Part shown: positions 26,256 to 35,679 of the stretch, piece by piece | Numbering within the stretch: the first letter of the stretch is position 1 | Layout: every line of letters begins with the position of its first letter | Assembly: GCA_030648005.1 (NCBI GenBank) | Contig: JAUSIP010000001.1 | Span: 6,662-70,661, forward strand | Length of the DNA stretch: 64,000 nucleotides | Reading direction: 5' to 3' | From: a bacterium | Lineage (GTDB): Bacteria; Patescibacteriota; Minisyncoccia; Phycocordibacterales; UBA12445 | Made by a program: the position numbers and the translations under genes | Notes under the pieces: model-generated | What the model saw: only the letters and a program-made list of their open reading frames with translations | What the model was told of the DNA's origin: nothing | Databases searched by the model: none

Positions 26256-28424
26256 ATGGAAGACAAACTATCTAAACCTTATAACCCGGCCGAGACGGAA
26301 GCTAGAATATATAAGAAGTGGGAGGATTCCGGCTATTTTAATCCGGATGTCTGTATAGAGAAAGGGGTTACAGGAGCAACTGCGCCTACCTTCTCCGTGG
26401 TTTTACCTCCGCCCAACGTGACTGGCCGTCTTCACCTCGGACATGCGCTTGAACACAGCCTTCAAGACACCGCTGTACGCTTCGAGCGTATGCGGGGCAA
26501 GCGCACTGTATGGATACCCGGCACAGATCACGCCGCCATTGCAACACAGTCAAGATTTGAGAAAGAGTTACAAAAAGAATCTGGCAAATCTCGACACGAT
26601 TTCCCGCGAGACGAGTTCTTCAATATGATAAACGAATTCGGACTGAAAAATCAGCAGGATATGCTCGGGCAGATGCGACTACTCGGCTCATCTCTCGACT
26701 GGTCTCGTGAAGCATTCACCCTCGACAAAGAGCGTAGTCTTGCCGTGAGAACCGCCTTCAAAAAGATGTATGATGAAGGCCTGATATACCGGGGCTTCCG
26801 AGTTGTTAATTGGGACCCTAAGGGACAGACAACCATCGCCGATGACGAGATAGTTTACGAGGAGCGCGAAGCAAAACTTTATACTTTTAAATATTCAAAA
26901 GATTTTCCCATCTCAATATCCACCACTCGTCCCGAAACCAAAGTTGGAGATACTGCCGTAGCTGTAAACCCAAAAGATGCTAGATATCAAGAATATATTG
27001 GTAAGACATACGAAATAAAAGATTTCTGTGGAGTCTCACTCAACATAAAAATAGTCGCGGATGATTCAGTAGAGCCGGAATTCGGCACCGGAGCACTGGG
27101 AGTTACACCGGCACATAGTCAGATAGACGCTGATATGGCCACCCGACACGATCTGCCAACCGTACAAGTTATAAATGAATTTGCGAAAATGACCGTTGGC
27201 GACGAAAGGATTTTAGGTAAGAAAACTACCGAGGCCAGAGAGGCTATCGTCACGTGGCTTAGCGAACAAGGGTTACTGGAGAAAGAGGAAGTGATCAAGC
27301 AGAATGTATCAACAGCAGAGAGGACAGGTGGGATAGTAGAACCTCTTCCGAAGTTGCAGTGGTTTATAAACGTCAACAAAGCTATCCCTTCAAAAAACAA
27401 CAAAACTCTGAAGGAACTAATGAGGGGGCCTATTTCGTCCCGCGAAGTTACTATTCTTCCTGATCATTTTGAGAAGATCTACTTCAACTGGATAGATAAC
27501 CTGCGCGACTGGTGCATCTCAAGGCAGATTATATATGGACATCAAATTCCTGTCTGGTATAGGAACGACGAGATCTATTGTGGTATCGAAGCTCCGGAAG
27601 ACCCGGGTTTCAAACAGGATCCGGATACTCTTGATACATGGTTCTCATCCGGACTGTGGACTTTCAGCACCTTAGGCTGGCCGAAAAAAACGATCGACCT
27701 AGAGACTTACCACCCTACAACCTTTATGAATCCAGGCTACGAGATACTGTTCTTCTGGGTGGCCAGAATGGTTATGATGAGTGAATATCTCTTAGGCGTT
27801 ATCCCATTTAAAACAGTCTATCTTCATGGAATCGTGAGGGATGCCAAAGGTAAAAAATTCAGTAAGTCTGCTAAAAATGGGATTGAGCCTGAAGAGGTTA
27901 TCAAGCAATTCGGCACTGATGCACTTCGAATGTCTATGATCGTCGGTATAGGACCGGGCAACGATCTAAGTTTTGATATTCAAAAAGTGAAAGCCTATTC
28001 GAAATTTGCCAACAAACTTTGGAATATTACACGGTTCACCCTCGACAATACAAAGGATCTTGATCTAAACAAAAATAACACCCTAGTATCCGAAGATATC
28101 GCCATCTGGAAAAATGTAGAAGCTTTAATACAGAAAATAACTACTGACATGGAAAGTTATAAATTCTACCTCGCGGCAGAAGATCTGTATCACTATATAT
28201 GGCACGAATTTGCAGATAAGATAATTGAAGAAAGTAAGCTATTGCTTCAGGGTGTCGATATAGCGATATCCAATTCCAGAAAGAAGCTTTTGCGAGATAT
28301 ACTTGCAACCTCTCTAAAACTCCTACATCCCTTCATGCCGTTCATCACCGAGGAGCTCTGGAGTATTCTCCCACGAGGGCAGGGCGAGAGTGAAATATTA
28401 ATGATAGAAAAATGGCCACATTAG
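26256..28424 (+). CDS. valS: valyl-tRNA synthetase (short form lacking the C-terminal coiled coil)
   Basis: PPPNVTGRLHLGHA (HIGH), KFSKS, YGTDALR-like FGTDALR. Confidence 0.85.
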   Translation: MEDKLSKPYNPAETEARIYKKWEDSGYFNPDVCIEKGVTGATAPTFSVVLPPPNVTGRLHLGHALEHSLQDTAVRFERMRGKRTVWIPGTDHAAIATQSRFEKELQKESGKSRHDFPRDEFFNMINEFGLKNQQDMLGQMRLLGSSLDWSREAFTLDKERSLAVRTAFKKMYDEGLIYRGFRVVNWDPKGQTTIADDEIVYEEREAKLYTFKYSKDFPISISTTRPETKVGDTAVAVNPKDARYQEYIGKTYEIKDFCGVSLNIKIVADDSVEPEFGTGALGVTPAHSQIDADMATRHDLPTVQVINEFAKMTVGDERILGKKTTEAREAIVTWLSEQGLLEKEEVIKQNVSTAERTGGIVEPLPKLQWFINVNKAIPSKNNKTLKELMRGPISSREVTILPDHFEKIYFNWIDNLRDWCISRQIIYGHQIPVWYRNDEIYCGIEAPEDPGFKQDPDTLDTWFSSGLWTFSTLGWPKKTIDLETYHPTTFMNPGYEILFFWVARMVMMSEYLLGVIPFKTVYLHGIVRDAKGKKFSKSAKNGIEPEEVIKQFGTDALRMSMIVGIGPGNDLSFDIQKVKAYSKFANKLWNITRFTLDNTKDLDLNKNNTLVSEDIAIWKNVEALIQKITTDMESYKFYLAAEDLYHYIWHEFADKIIEESKLLLQGVDIAISNSRKKLLRDILATSLKLLHPFMPFITEELWSILPRGQGESEILMIEKWPH

Positions 28425-29119
28425 CCAGCCCCACTGCATTGTTCTTCTCTCTGATCGGCGGGATAATCCCTGCGATTCTTTGGCTATGGTTCTGGCTACG
28501 CGAAGACAACAAGCATCCGGAACCGGCAAGAATGATCGTCGGAACCTTTCTTGCTGGTATCTTAAGTATAATACCCACATATTTCGCCGAATCTTATATT
28601 GCAGGCCATGTCGTGGACTCAGTAACAATTCTGATAATCTGGGCGCTCATTGAGGAAACTATGAAGTTCTCTGCGGCTTACCTCGGAGCTCTGCGTACAA
28701 AATTTTATGATGAGCCATTAGATGCGCCGATCTATATGATAACTGCGGCACTCGGTTTTGCCGCCGCTGAGAATTTTCTTTTTATTATAAACTCGCAAGA
28801 CAAACTATCATCTTTACTGACCGGCAGTATGCGTTTTGTTGGGGCAAGCCTACTTCACACGCTAGCATCTGCACTAATAGGCTGTATGATGGCGATGGCA
28901 TTTAAAAGAGGCTATTTCGCCAAGTTTATAGCTATTGTGATGGGGTTATTAACAGCTACAGTCTTGCACACATCCTTTAATGTATTTATAATTAAGAGTA
29001 ACGGCGGGAGTATTTCAATTGTATTTCTAACTCTCTGGCTGGCTATAATATTTCTACTGCTCTTCTTTGAGAAGCTTCGCATAGAAGATACTTACAACGA
29101 TCCCAATCAAATCGAATAA
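28412..29119 (+). CDS. prsW: PrsW-family intramembrane metalloprotease
   Basis: IEETMKF (EExxK) and FAAAENF (FxxxEN) motifs in a polytopic membrane protein. Confidence 0.75.
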   Translation: MATLASPTALFFSLIGGIIPAILWLWFWLREDNKHPEPARMIVGTFLAGILSIIPTYFAESYIAGHVVDSVTILIIWALIEETMKFSAAYLGALRTKFYDEPLDAPIYMITAALGFAAAENFLFIINSQDKLSSLLTGSMRFVGASLLHTLASALIGCMMAMAFKRGYFAKFIAIVMGLLTATVLHTSFNVFIIKSNGGSISIVFLTLWLAIIFLLLFFEKLRIEDTYNDPNQIE

Positions 29120-29128
29120 AACATAAAT

Positions 29129-29581
29129 ATGATGAGAAAAGAAAAGAGGTCATTTTTCGAGCGTATAACCGGCAGTATACGGCGGGCAAGCAGTACTGAA
29201 GAAGAACCGGATACTCAAGAAAAAAGCTGGGGTGATGATAGCGCTGAAGGGGCGCAATTGGCCGTAGATGTATATCAGACTCCAAGCGAAATAATAGTCA
29301 TGGCCATGATCGCCGGCGTTAAACCCGACGACTTAGATGTTAACATCACCAGAGAGATGGTTGTTATCAAGGCCAAAAGAGAGGAGCCTGAGTCTCCAGA
29401 GAAAGAGCGGTATGTGCATAAGGAGCTATATTGGGGGCCATTTGATAGAACCATCGTCCTGCCTGATGAAGTTGACGCTGATCACTCTGAAGCCATAGAG
29501 AAGCACGGTCTGCTAATAATCAGAATGCCAAAGTTTAACAAAAACCACTCCAAGACGCTTAAAATCAAGTCGCTAGGGTAA
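29129..29581 (+). CDS. Hsp20/alpha-crystallin small heat-shock protein
   Basis: ACD pattern LAVDVYQT...IIVMAMIAGVKPDDLDVNI...GPFDRTIVLP. Confidence 0.8.
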   Translation: MMRKEKRSFFERITGSIRRASSTEEEPDTQEKSWGDDSAEGAQLAVDVYQTPSEIIVMAMIAGVKPDDLDVNITREMVVIKAKREEPESPEKERYVHKELYWGPFDRTIVLPDEVDADHSEAIEKHGLLIIRMPKFNKNHSKTLKIKSLG

Positions 29582-29622
29582 TAATTGCCTCAATAGCCTT
29601 TTTTTGCTAGTATCTTAGCTAT

Positions 29623-29698
29623 GCCGAGGTAGCTCAGTTGGTAGAGCATATGCCTGAAGAGCATGGGGTCGGCGGTTCAAATCCGCCCCTCGGCACCA
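29623..29698 (+). tRNA. tRNA-Phe (anticodon GAA), CCA encoded
   Basis: Hand fold: acceptor GCCGAGG/CCTCGGC, loop CTGAAGA, T-arm GGCGGTTCAAATCCGCC, ACCA. Confidence 0.85.
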
Positions 29699-29703
29699 AA
29701 AAA

Positions 29704-29725
29704 ATCCCCATAAGGGGATTTTTAC
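29704..29725 (+). terminator. hairpin terminator after tRNA-Phe
   Basis: ATCCCCATAAGGGGAT plus T5. Confidence 0.65.
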
Positions 29726-29943
29726 TTGCCGAGGGAGAACGCCAACTGCTTGGCGTTCGTGCGGATTTGAAAGCCACAGCCATGTCCCATGGGGACAGGC
29801 GAGGCGGGGTCGAGAGTACTTAGTCCGCGCAATTTCGCTTTAGCGAAATGAGCAGACTTAGTAACTCGTGACCTAATCCCCCGAAGCTTGGTAAGGACAA
29901 TTTATTTGGAATTAAAATCGGCATAATTAAACAACCGGTTGTT

Positions 29944-29957
29944 CCCTCGGCACCAAA
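29944..29957 (+). repeat. direct orphan copy of the tRNA-Phe 3' end (CCCTCGGCACCAAA)
   Basis: 14-nt identity with 29685..29698+; preceded by the palindrome AACAACCGGTTGTT. Confidence 0.7.
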
Positions 29958-30102
29958 TTTTATCCTTGTTTTGTAACGCTGAAAAATTGACGGTGTGGTG
30001 GAGTTGGAACTTAAGTTAGCTTAGGTTGACTGTGTTCATATATAAATGTTAGTTTAGATGTGGACTGTTTTTGGATAATTGACAATCATCGGAGGTCAAG
30101 TG

Positions 30103-30543
30103 ATGACACATCACGATGAAGTTTTAGACCGGAAGAAAAGCATGAAAAAGCTGCTTGATGATGCTCATGAAGACACAATGCTATTGCCAGATTATGTCAA
30201 ATCTGCGGAAGTCAAGGCTATAGATCCTACTCAATATTTGCGGAGGCGACGCTATATCAATGGGGTCTATGGCGTTAAGAGGTTGATTAGGGAGGCCCCC
30301 AAGCTCGGCCAAGATATCTCTGTAATAGTTCTTGAGTTGGGCGACTTCTACATTTCGAACCACGGCTTCAATCCTGAGACAGATGAATGTAACGGTAATG
30401 TTGTGCTACAAGGTGATGCAGAGAAGATCTATGACTGGTGCTTAGAGAGAAATCTTGGCCCAAAGATTGTCTATTCAAAGGGTGGTAGACCGGAACTCTT
30501 GTTTGTGGGCGTTAGTCAGTTCGTGATAGTTATAACTTGGTAA
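30103..30543 (+). CDS. hypothetical protein
   Basis: Start ATG 30103 with RBS GGAGGT; terminator 30571..30596. Confidence 0.5.
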   Translation: MTHHDEVLDRKKSMKKLLDDAHEDTMLLPDYVKSAEVKAIDPTQYLRRRRYINGVYGVKRLIREAPKLGQDISVIVLELGDFYISNHGFNPETDECNGNVVLQGDAEKIYDWCLERNLGPKIVYSKGGRPELLFVGVSQFVIVITW

Positions 30544-30570
30544 CAACTCTAAGTGTTAATTCTATATTCG

Positions 30571-30596
30571 GCCGTCATATTGACGGCTTTTTATTT
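30571..30596 (+). terminator. rho-independent terminator
   Basis: GCCGTCA/TGACGGC stem plus T5. Confidence 0.75.
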
Positions 30597-30686
30597 TTCT
30601 GCCCAAGCGGATAGGTTTGGTATATAGGGAATCACAAGAGACTTCATTAATTCAGTTCTAACATCATCCACCAGAGTGCACCAAAC

Positions 30687-30740
30687 AAAAAAAACTCGAA
30701 GTGAGTCTTCCTATACAGGAAGACTCACTTCGAGTTTTTG
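30687..30740. repeat. 45-bp perfect hairpin repeat, copy 1 (19-bp stem ACTCGAAGTGAGTCTTCCT)
   Basis: Near-identical copy at 44118..44170; flanked by A/T runs, so it can act as a bidirectional terminator. Confidence 0.8.
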
Positions 30741-30746
30741 GGACTT

Positions 30747-31055
30747 TTATCTTTGATTCAATGAGTCAAGCTGTTTAAGAATATCTACGGCTCCGGGAGT
30801 TTTGCTAAGATCCGGTATAGAGCTGGCCTTCTTCTGAATATCACTCAGGGTGGAGCCGGCCTGGCTATACAAATTAAGTAGCAGATTGAAATATGGCTGG
30901 ATGTAATAGTAAGTTCCAACAAATGAGCCGATTATAAGACCCCAGTAAATAAATTTAAAAACCTTATTTACCCTTGCAGACCTCTGTATCCCGCGGAGAA
31001 TCTTATTGTTCTCACGGGTTAGTTCTAATAATTCTCCGAGCTGTTTATCTTCCAT
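30747..31055 (-). CDS. hypothetical small membrane protein
   Basis: 102 aa, one TM helix. Confidence 0.45.
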   Translation of the reverse strand: MEDKQLGELLELTRENNKILRGIQRSARVNKVFKFIYWGLIIGSFVGTYYYIQPYFNLLLNLYSQAGSTLSDIQKKASSIPDLSKTPGAVDILKQLDSLNQR

Positions 31056-31654
31056 TAATTATATAATAACAAAAAAAGACCCCGGGGACAATCCCGGGGC
31101 CACAACCTCGCATGCTTAGCTAGCTACTCCTTTGACTACTTCGACCTCAGCCTTTTTTCTGCTCGATGCTCTCTTGCCACCAGATAAGATACCGGCACCA
31201 AGTACAAAACCGAAGTTATACCAACCACCATTGTTATGAACCTCATACAGACACACATCACTCGAGAAAAGCGAAATGATCCATGTGATCGGCGCGATTA
31301 TTCCGTGCTACAGACCGAGCCAGAACCCAGCAATATTTCCGTCCGAAGCTGGAACATTCACCGTAGTATTTGGACCGGGGGTACAACCAGTCAGAAGCAG
31401 TACCCCACCCAAGAACAATAGACCGAGCAAGTGTGTTTTCCTCATTGTTCCATCCTTCGAGTTAGAAACGTACACGATCTAGAGAATAGAGTATCATTTA
31501 TATTAAATAAGTCAATAACAAGGAATCTCGCCCTACGGGCGCTGGTACTTTTCGCTCCGATATCCATCGGAGAACGAAAAGTCTTTCGATTCCCCGGCGC
31601 AGGCAAAGCAGTTTGCCTGCTCGGGAGCACAAAAAACCGCTCCGCTCTTGTTTG

Positions 31655-31726
31655 TGCTCCCGCGAGGAATCGAACCTCGATTTAAGGTTTAGGAAACCTC
31701 CGTCCTATCCGTTGAACGACGGGAGC
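31655..31726 (-). tRNA. tRNA-Arg (anticodon CCT)
   Basis: Hand fold on the minus strand: acceptor GCTCCCG/CGGGAGC, loop TTCCTAA, T-arm CGAGGTTCGATTCCTCG. Confidence 0.8.
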
Positions 31727-31898
31727 TTGGACTTGTCTTTTATAACATCAATTAAGCTTAAAATCAAACTATTTATTAAATTTTAAAACTTGTTACAGAT
31801 TGAACGGCCGTCAGATATGTAACATTTTTGTTTTTATTATCATCCTGTTATGATGAATAATACAAAGTATAAAGTGCCGTAAGGCTCCGAGAAGCCCG

Positions 31899-32210
31899 CT
31901 AATTAGCGGGCTTCGATATTGAAATTATCCTATCATAACTATCATCTTTTGACACCTTATTGCGTCTCGTGTGTTTACACTTAATACACTTTTGCAATAT
32001 ATAAGTCTCTCCCCCATCTATCTCTATCCCTATCGGCTCCATGAGAGTCTGACAGGTGGCTAGCCTGTCTCCGGGCTCTACATCTACATGCTTGCTCCAT
32101 AAGCACTCCGGACAGTGGTTGGTGAAGCCGTTGCCAGCAACAAAAAATCCGCATTTAGCGCATTCGAAGTTTTCAATGTTGCGTATGAATGTCATTAGAT
32201 TTAATTCCAT
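31899..32210 (-). CDS. RNHCP-domain zinc-ribbon protein
   Basis: CAKCGF...TNHCPECLWSKHVD matches the RNHCP domain signature. Confidence 0.65.
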   Translation of the reverse strand: MELNLMTFIRNIENFECAKCGFFVAGNGFTNHCPECLWSKHVDVEPGDRLATCQTLMEPIGIEIDGGETYILQKCIKCKHTRRNKVSKDDSYDRIISISKPAN

Positions 32211-32367
32211 TATTGCCCACTATCCCACTTCGCACAAGGCTACGCGGGATCATTTTTTTATAAAAAATGAAAAAGTCTCCCGCTGAGCGAAAGACTGCTG
32301 TTGCCCCGCTTCTCGGGGACTTCGGGCAACTATGCGAGGCTTAGCCTCGCATAGTATGTATGGCTCC

Positions 32368-32823
32368 TTACAGGTGACTGCTGGTCTCGGCAGTCGGCTG
32401 TCCGACAACCCCGTCCGTAGGCATGGATATGTCGAGCACCAGGTTCTCACAGGCCTTCGTCCATTCGGGTGTTCCCTGGTGATAAGCCTCGATCTTGCCC
32501 TTCTCCATCTGCCAAGAATTGCTGGGATTCAGATCGTCGAAGTCATATTCCAGATGAGAGATCCTTAGACCACGGAAGCTATTGAATCTTACGATCCAGA
32601 GCTTGTCGTTGTATCGGACCACATCTCCCGGCTTCAGGCTTCTAACCGTCTCGCCGTTCAGCATGGTCTGATGACCCTTACGCGCCCGTTCCCGAGCCTC
32701 GTCCATCTGCTCGGCTGGAGAGCGGGTATCCTTGTTGTGGAAGACCTCGCCAACAAGAACAAGGCAAAACAAGAGATAGATCATTATATAAAGAAGCTCC
32801 CACACCTTTTGACCCAGAGACAT
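32368..32823 (-). CDS. hypothetical membrane-anchored protein (GC-elevated)
   Basis: 151 aa, N-terminal TM helix; no family recognised. Confidence 0.45.
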   Translation of the reverse strand: MSLGQKVWELLYIMIYLLFCLVLVGEVFHNKDTRSPAEQMDEARERARKGHQTMLNGETVRSLKPGDVVRYNDKLWIVRFNSFRGLRISHLEYDFDDLNPSNSWQMEKGKIEAYHQGTPEWTKACENLVLDISMPTDGVVGQPTAETSSHL

Positions 32824-32939
32824 AATACTTCCTCCTTGAACTAGTAACGCAATCTATGTTTTCAAACCCTCTCTAGTTTTGCATATTATAGTGTAAAAGT
32901 CAATAGCTGAAAAAACCTTGTATTCTCTAACTACTTTTG

Positions 32940-33010
32940 TGCGGCCAGGGAGAATCGAACCCCCATCTAATGCTTGGGAAGCACTCATTTTACCACTAAA
33001 CTATGGCCGC
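32940..33010 (-). tRNA. tRNA-Gly (anticodon CCC)
   Basis: Hand fold: acceptor GCGGCCA/TGGCCGC, loop TTCCCAA, T-arm GGGGGTTCGATTCTCCC. Confidence 0.8.
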
Positions 33011-33020
33011 TTTTCTAAAT

Positions 33021-33156
33021 TAAATCTCATCCTTACAGGATCTGTACACCTTTTGGATATATTCTCGCACAAACTCAAATATATCTCAAAAGGTCTTGCG
33101 GCGCTAAGCGCGCCTCACCTCAGGAAGGTCGCATCCTACCACTGAACTATACCCGC
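33021..33156 (-). ncRNA. orphan tRNA 5' half (GCGGGTATAGTTCAGTGGTAGGATGCGACCTTCC) fused to conserved structured element X, immediately upstream of tRNA-Gly
   Basis: Minus-strand sequence TGAGGTGAGG-GGCGCGCTTAGCGCC-GCAAGACCTTTTGAG...AATATATCCAAAAGGTGTACAG-ATCCTGTAAGGAT is homologous to 22794..22915. Confidence 0.55.
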
Positions 33157-33163
33157 TTAAAAA

Positions 33164-33502
33164 CTATTTTGTAAAAAAATCCAGAAAACTATCCCAGTAG
33201 CTCTTATTGTCACTCACTTCAGGTTTCTTATCGCTAACCTCATCTACCACCACAAGCACCTCCTCGCCCAACTTTGTGATCTGGAATTTATTGCGGAGTT
33301 CTTCTTCTACCCCTCTTTCTGTTTTAAGCCTCTCCAGTTCTGCGATCAAGCGATCACGGTTATCCTGCAAAAGAGCTAGCTTCTTCTCCGACTCCTCCCT
33401 ATTCATCTTAGTTATCTGGTTAGTTTTGTAAATATTGTAATCGCTATTGATTAGTAAGACAACAATGATCAACAGTACTCCTATCATTATTGGAGACTGC
33501 AT
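33164..33502 (-). CDS. FtsB/DivIC-like septum formation initiator (TM plus coiled coil)
   Basis: Start ATG 33502 with RBS AAGGTGGA; TM helix then a heptad-rich segment. Confidence 0.5.
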   Translation of the reverse strand: MQSPIMIGVLLIIVVLLINSDYNIYKTNQITKMNREESEKKLALLQDNRDRLIAELERLKTERGVEEELRNKFQITKLGEEVLVVVDEVSDKKPEVSDNKSYWDSFLDFFTK

Positions 33503-33705
33503 ATATTTCTTCCACCTTTTCTTTTCTTGTAAATCTCTCACCAACGTATTATAGTATATGGATAATATACCCACAATGTTATTTCACAAAGAAAACAAAA
33601 AGAAGATAAATCTGCTCTGGAGTATTATGTGTGTACTCCTAGCGATCAGTATGGTACTGCTCTACATCCCAGCCTTCTACCAGTAAAACCTATATACTTA
33701 GCGCA

Positions 33706-33792
33706 TAACTTTGTCGGAGACTGCGTTTATTCCTCACTGTACTATTTGTACAGTTTCGTCATAAGCCTCGCCTCCTTCGCGTTCTGCATCTA
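33706..33792 (-). repeat. conserved ~100-nt 3'-UTR repeat element, copy C (3' of lepA)
   Basis: CTTAGCGCATAACTTTGTCGGAGAC...TGTACTATTTGTACA...GCGTTCTGCATCTAAG. Confidence 0.8.
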
Positions 33793-33820
33793 AGTCTATC
33801 AGTTTTAGAATTTTGGGATT

Positions 33821-35650
33821 TTAGGATTTGATAACCTTAAGGAACACCTCCTGTGGGATGTTTATTTTGCCCTTGCCCAACCTCTCCATTTTCTTCTTGC
33901 CTTTCTTCTGCTTCTCGCGAAGTTTCATTTTTCTAGTGATGTCTCCGCCGTATAAATAACCGGCCACATCCTTCTTCATACCCGACACTGAACGTGATGA
34001 GATAATACGTCCAAAGGCCTGCGCCTGTATCTTGAAATCAAACATCTGACGAGGTAGGGCAGCCTTCAATTTATCGACTATCTTCTCACACTCTTCTTCG
34101 ACTACGCGCCGAGCTACCACTTTACTAAACGAAGGGAAGAGTTCATCCCCAATCAGCACATCCACACGCACTACATCGGCCTCACGGAGACCATCTATCT
34201 GATATGAAAGCGAAGCAAACCCGGAAGAAATGCTCTTCAACTTGTCGAAGAAATTCCTCATTAATTCGCGAAGTGGCATGCTGATCTCAAGCTGATTTCT
34301 CCTATCACCGAAGACCTCAGTCGATCCAACCTCCACCTCATGTTCATAGAACATCTGCATAACCTCGCCCAAATACTCCGGTGGAGTGATTATCTTCGCC
34401 TTAACCCAGGGTTCATAAACCTTCTTCTTAACGCTGTCATCAGGAAAGAGCGACGCGGAATGAATCATCTCTTTTTTATTTACCCTGAGCTCTGTCGAAG
34501 GGCTGGTTGCTAGATATTCTACCAAGTAACTTACCGTAGGTGAAGTTATAACTAGTTCGAGATTGAACTCCCTCTTTAATCTTTCAGTGATGATTTCCAA
34601 ATGAAGCATACCCAAGAATCCGCATTTATAACCACGCCCAAGTGAAGTCGACTGATCCTCATCATAAGTCAGAGAAGAATCAGATAGTTTTAAGCGCTCC
34701 AGTGCCTGTCGTAAAAGCACGAAGTCATCCTGACTCTCCGGATAGATCGAAGCCCAGACAACAGGACGTGGCTCCATATAGCCAACCAGAGCCGGCAACT
34801 CCTTACCGACTCTGGTAATAGTGTCTCCGACCTTGTTCTGTCCGATCTTTTTTATACCTGTCACAATATATCCAATCTGACCGGGAGCAAGTTCAGCCAC
34901 AACCTTCTTCTCCGGAGCGAATATACCAACTTCAATGATCTCAAACTTTTCCTCAGATGCCACGAAGACCATGTTGTCCCCCGCCTTTATTGTGCCGTCT
35001 AAAACTCTAACAAAAACGATTATCCCTTTGTGTGCGGAATATTCAAAGTCGAAGACGAGTGCACGGGAACTTCCACTGTCCGGCATCGGTTCTTTTGGTG
35101 CGGGGATACGAGCGATTATCTCCCGTAGCAGATCCTCAACGCCAAGTCCGGTCTTACCTGAAGTCGCCATTATAGAATCTCTGTCACAATCAAGAAGTTT
35201 AACTATCTCATCTTTAACATCTTCAATCCTAGCACTCGGCAGATCAACTTTATTCAAAACAGGTATAATGGTCAGTCCAAGTTCACGCGCCATTGCTAAT
35301 ACAGTCAGAGTCTGTGCCTGAACACCCTGGGTAGCATCAACAAGAAGAAGTGCACCTTCAACAGCCTTCAGGGCCCGCGAGACCTCATAGGAGAAGTCAA
35401 CATGCCCAGGAGTATCTATTAAATTTAGGGTATAGGATATAGTGTCCAGGGTATAAGACATCATCACTGGCTGCATCTTAATAGTGATACCGCGCTCACG
35501 CTCAAGCTCCATGCTATCAAGTACTTGCTCCTTCATCTTACGATGTTCGATCGTCTTTGTAGTCTCCAACATCCTATCAGACAGAGTACTCTTGCCATGA
35601 TCTATATGGGCAATAATGGAGAAGTTCCTTATTTTATTCAAATCAGACAT
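33821..35650 (-). CDS. lepA: translation elongation factor 4
   Basis: NFSIIAHIDHGKSTL, DTPGHVDF, C-terminal LepA-specific region. Confidence 0.95.
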   Translation of the reverse strand: MSDLNKIRNFSIIAHIDHGKSTLSDRMLETTKTIEHRKMKEQVLDSMELERERGITIKMQPVMMSYTLDTISYTLNLIDTPGHVDFSYEVSRALKAVEGALLLVDATQGVQAQTLTVLAMARELGLTIIPVLNKVDLPSARIEDVKDEIVKLLDCDRDSIMATSGKTGLGVEDLLREIIARIPAPKEPMPDSGSSRALVFDFEYSAHKGIIVFVRVLDGTIKAGDNMVFVASEEKFEIIEVGIFAPEKKVVAELAPGQIGYIVTGIKKIGQNKVGDTITRVGKELPALVGYMEPRPVVWASIYPESQDDFVLLRQALERLKLSDSSLTYDEDQSTSLGRGYKCGFLGMLHLEIITERLKREFNLELVITSPTVSYLVEYLATSPSTELRVNKKEMIHSASLFPDDSVKKKVYEPWVKAKIITPPEYLGEVMQMFYEHEVEVGSTEVFGDRRNQLEISMPLRELMRNFFDKLKSISSGFASLSYQIDGLREADVVRVDVLIGDELFPSFSKVVARRVVEEECEKIVDKLKAALPRQMFDFKIQAQAFGRIISSRSVSGMKKDVAGYLYGGDITRKMKLREKQKKGKKKMERLGKGKINIPQEVFLKVIKS

Positions 35651-35679
35651 AAAGGTAATAATATACTAAGACGAGCCTT

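Noticed and set aside
29638-29823. 61-aa ORF overlapping tRNA-Phe, and ORFs 22201..22622 overlapping tRNA-Ser and the E2-like gene
   Set aside because: Their reading frames run through structured RNA genes or antisense to a confident CDS, so they are spurious.
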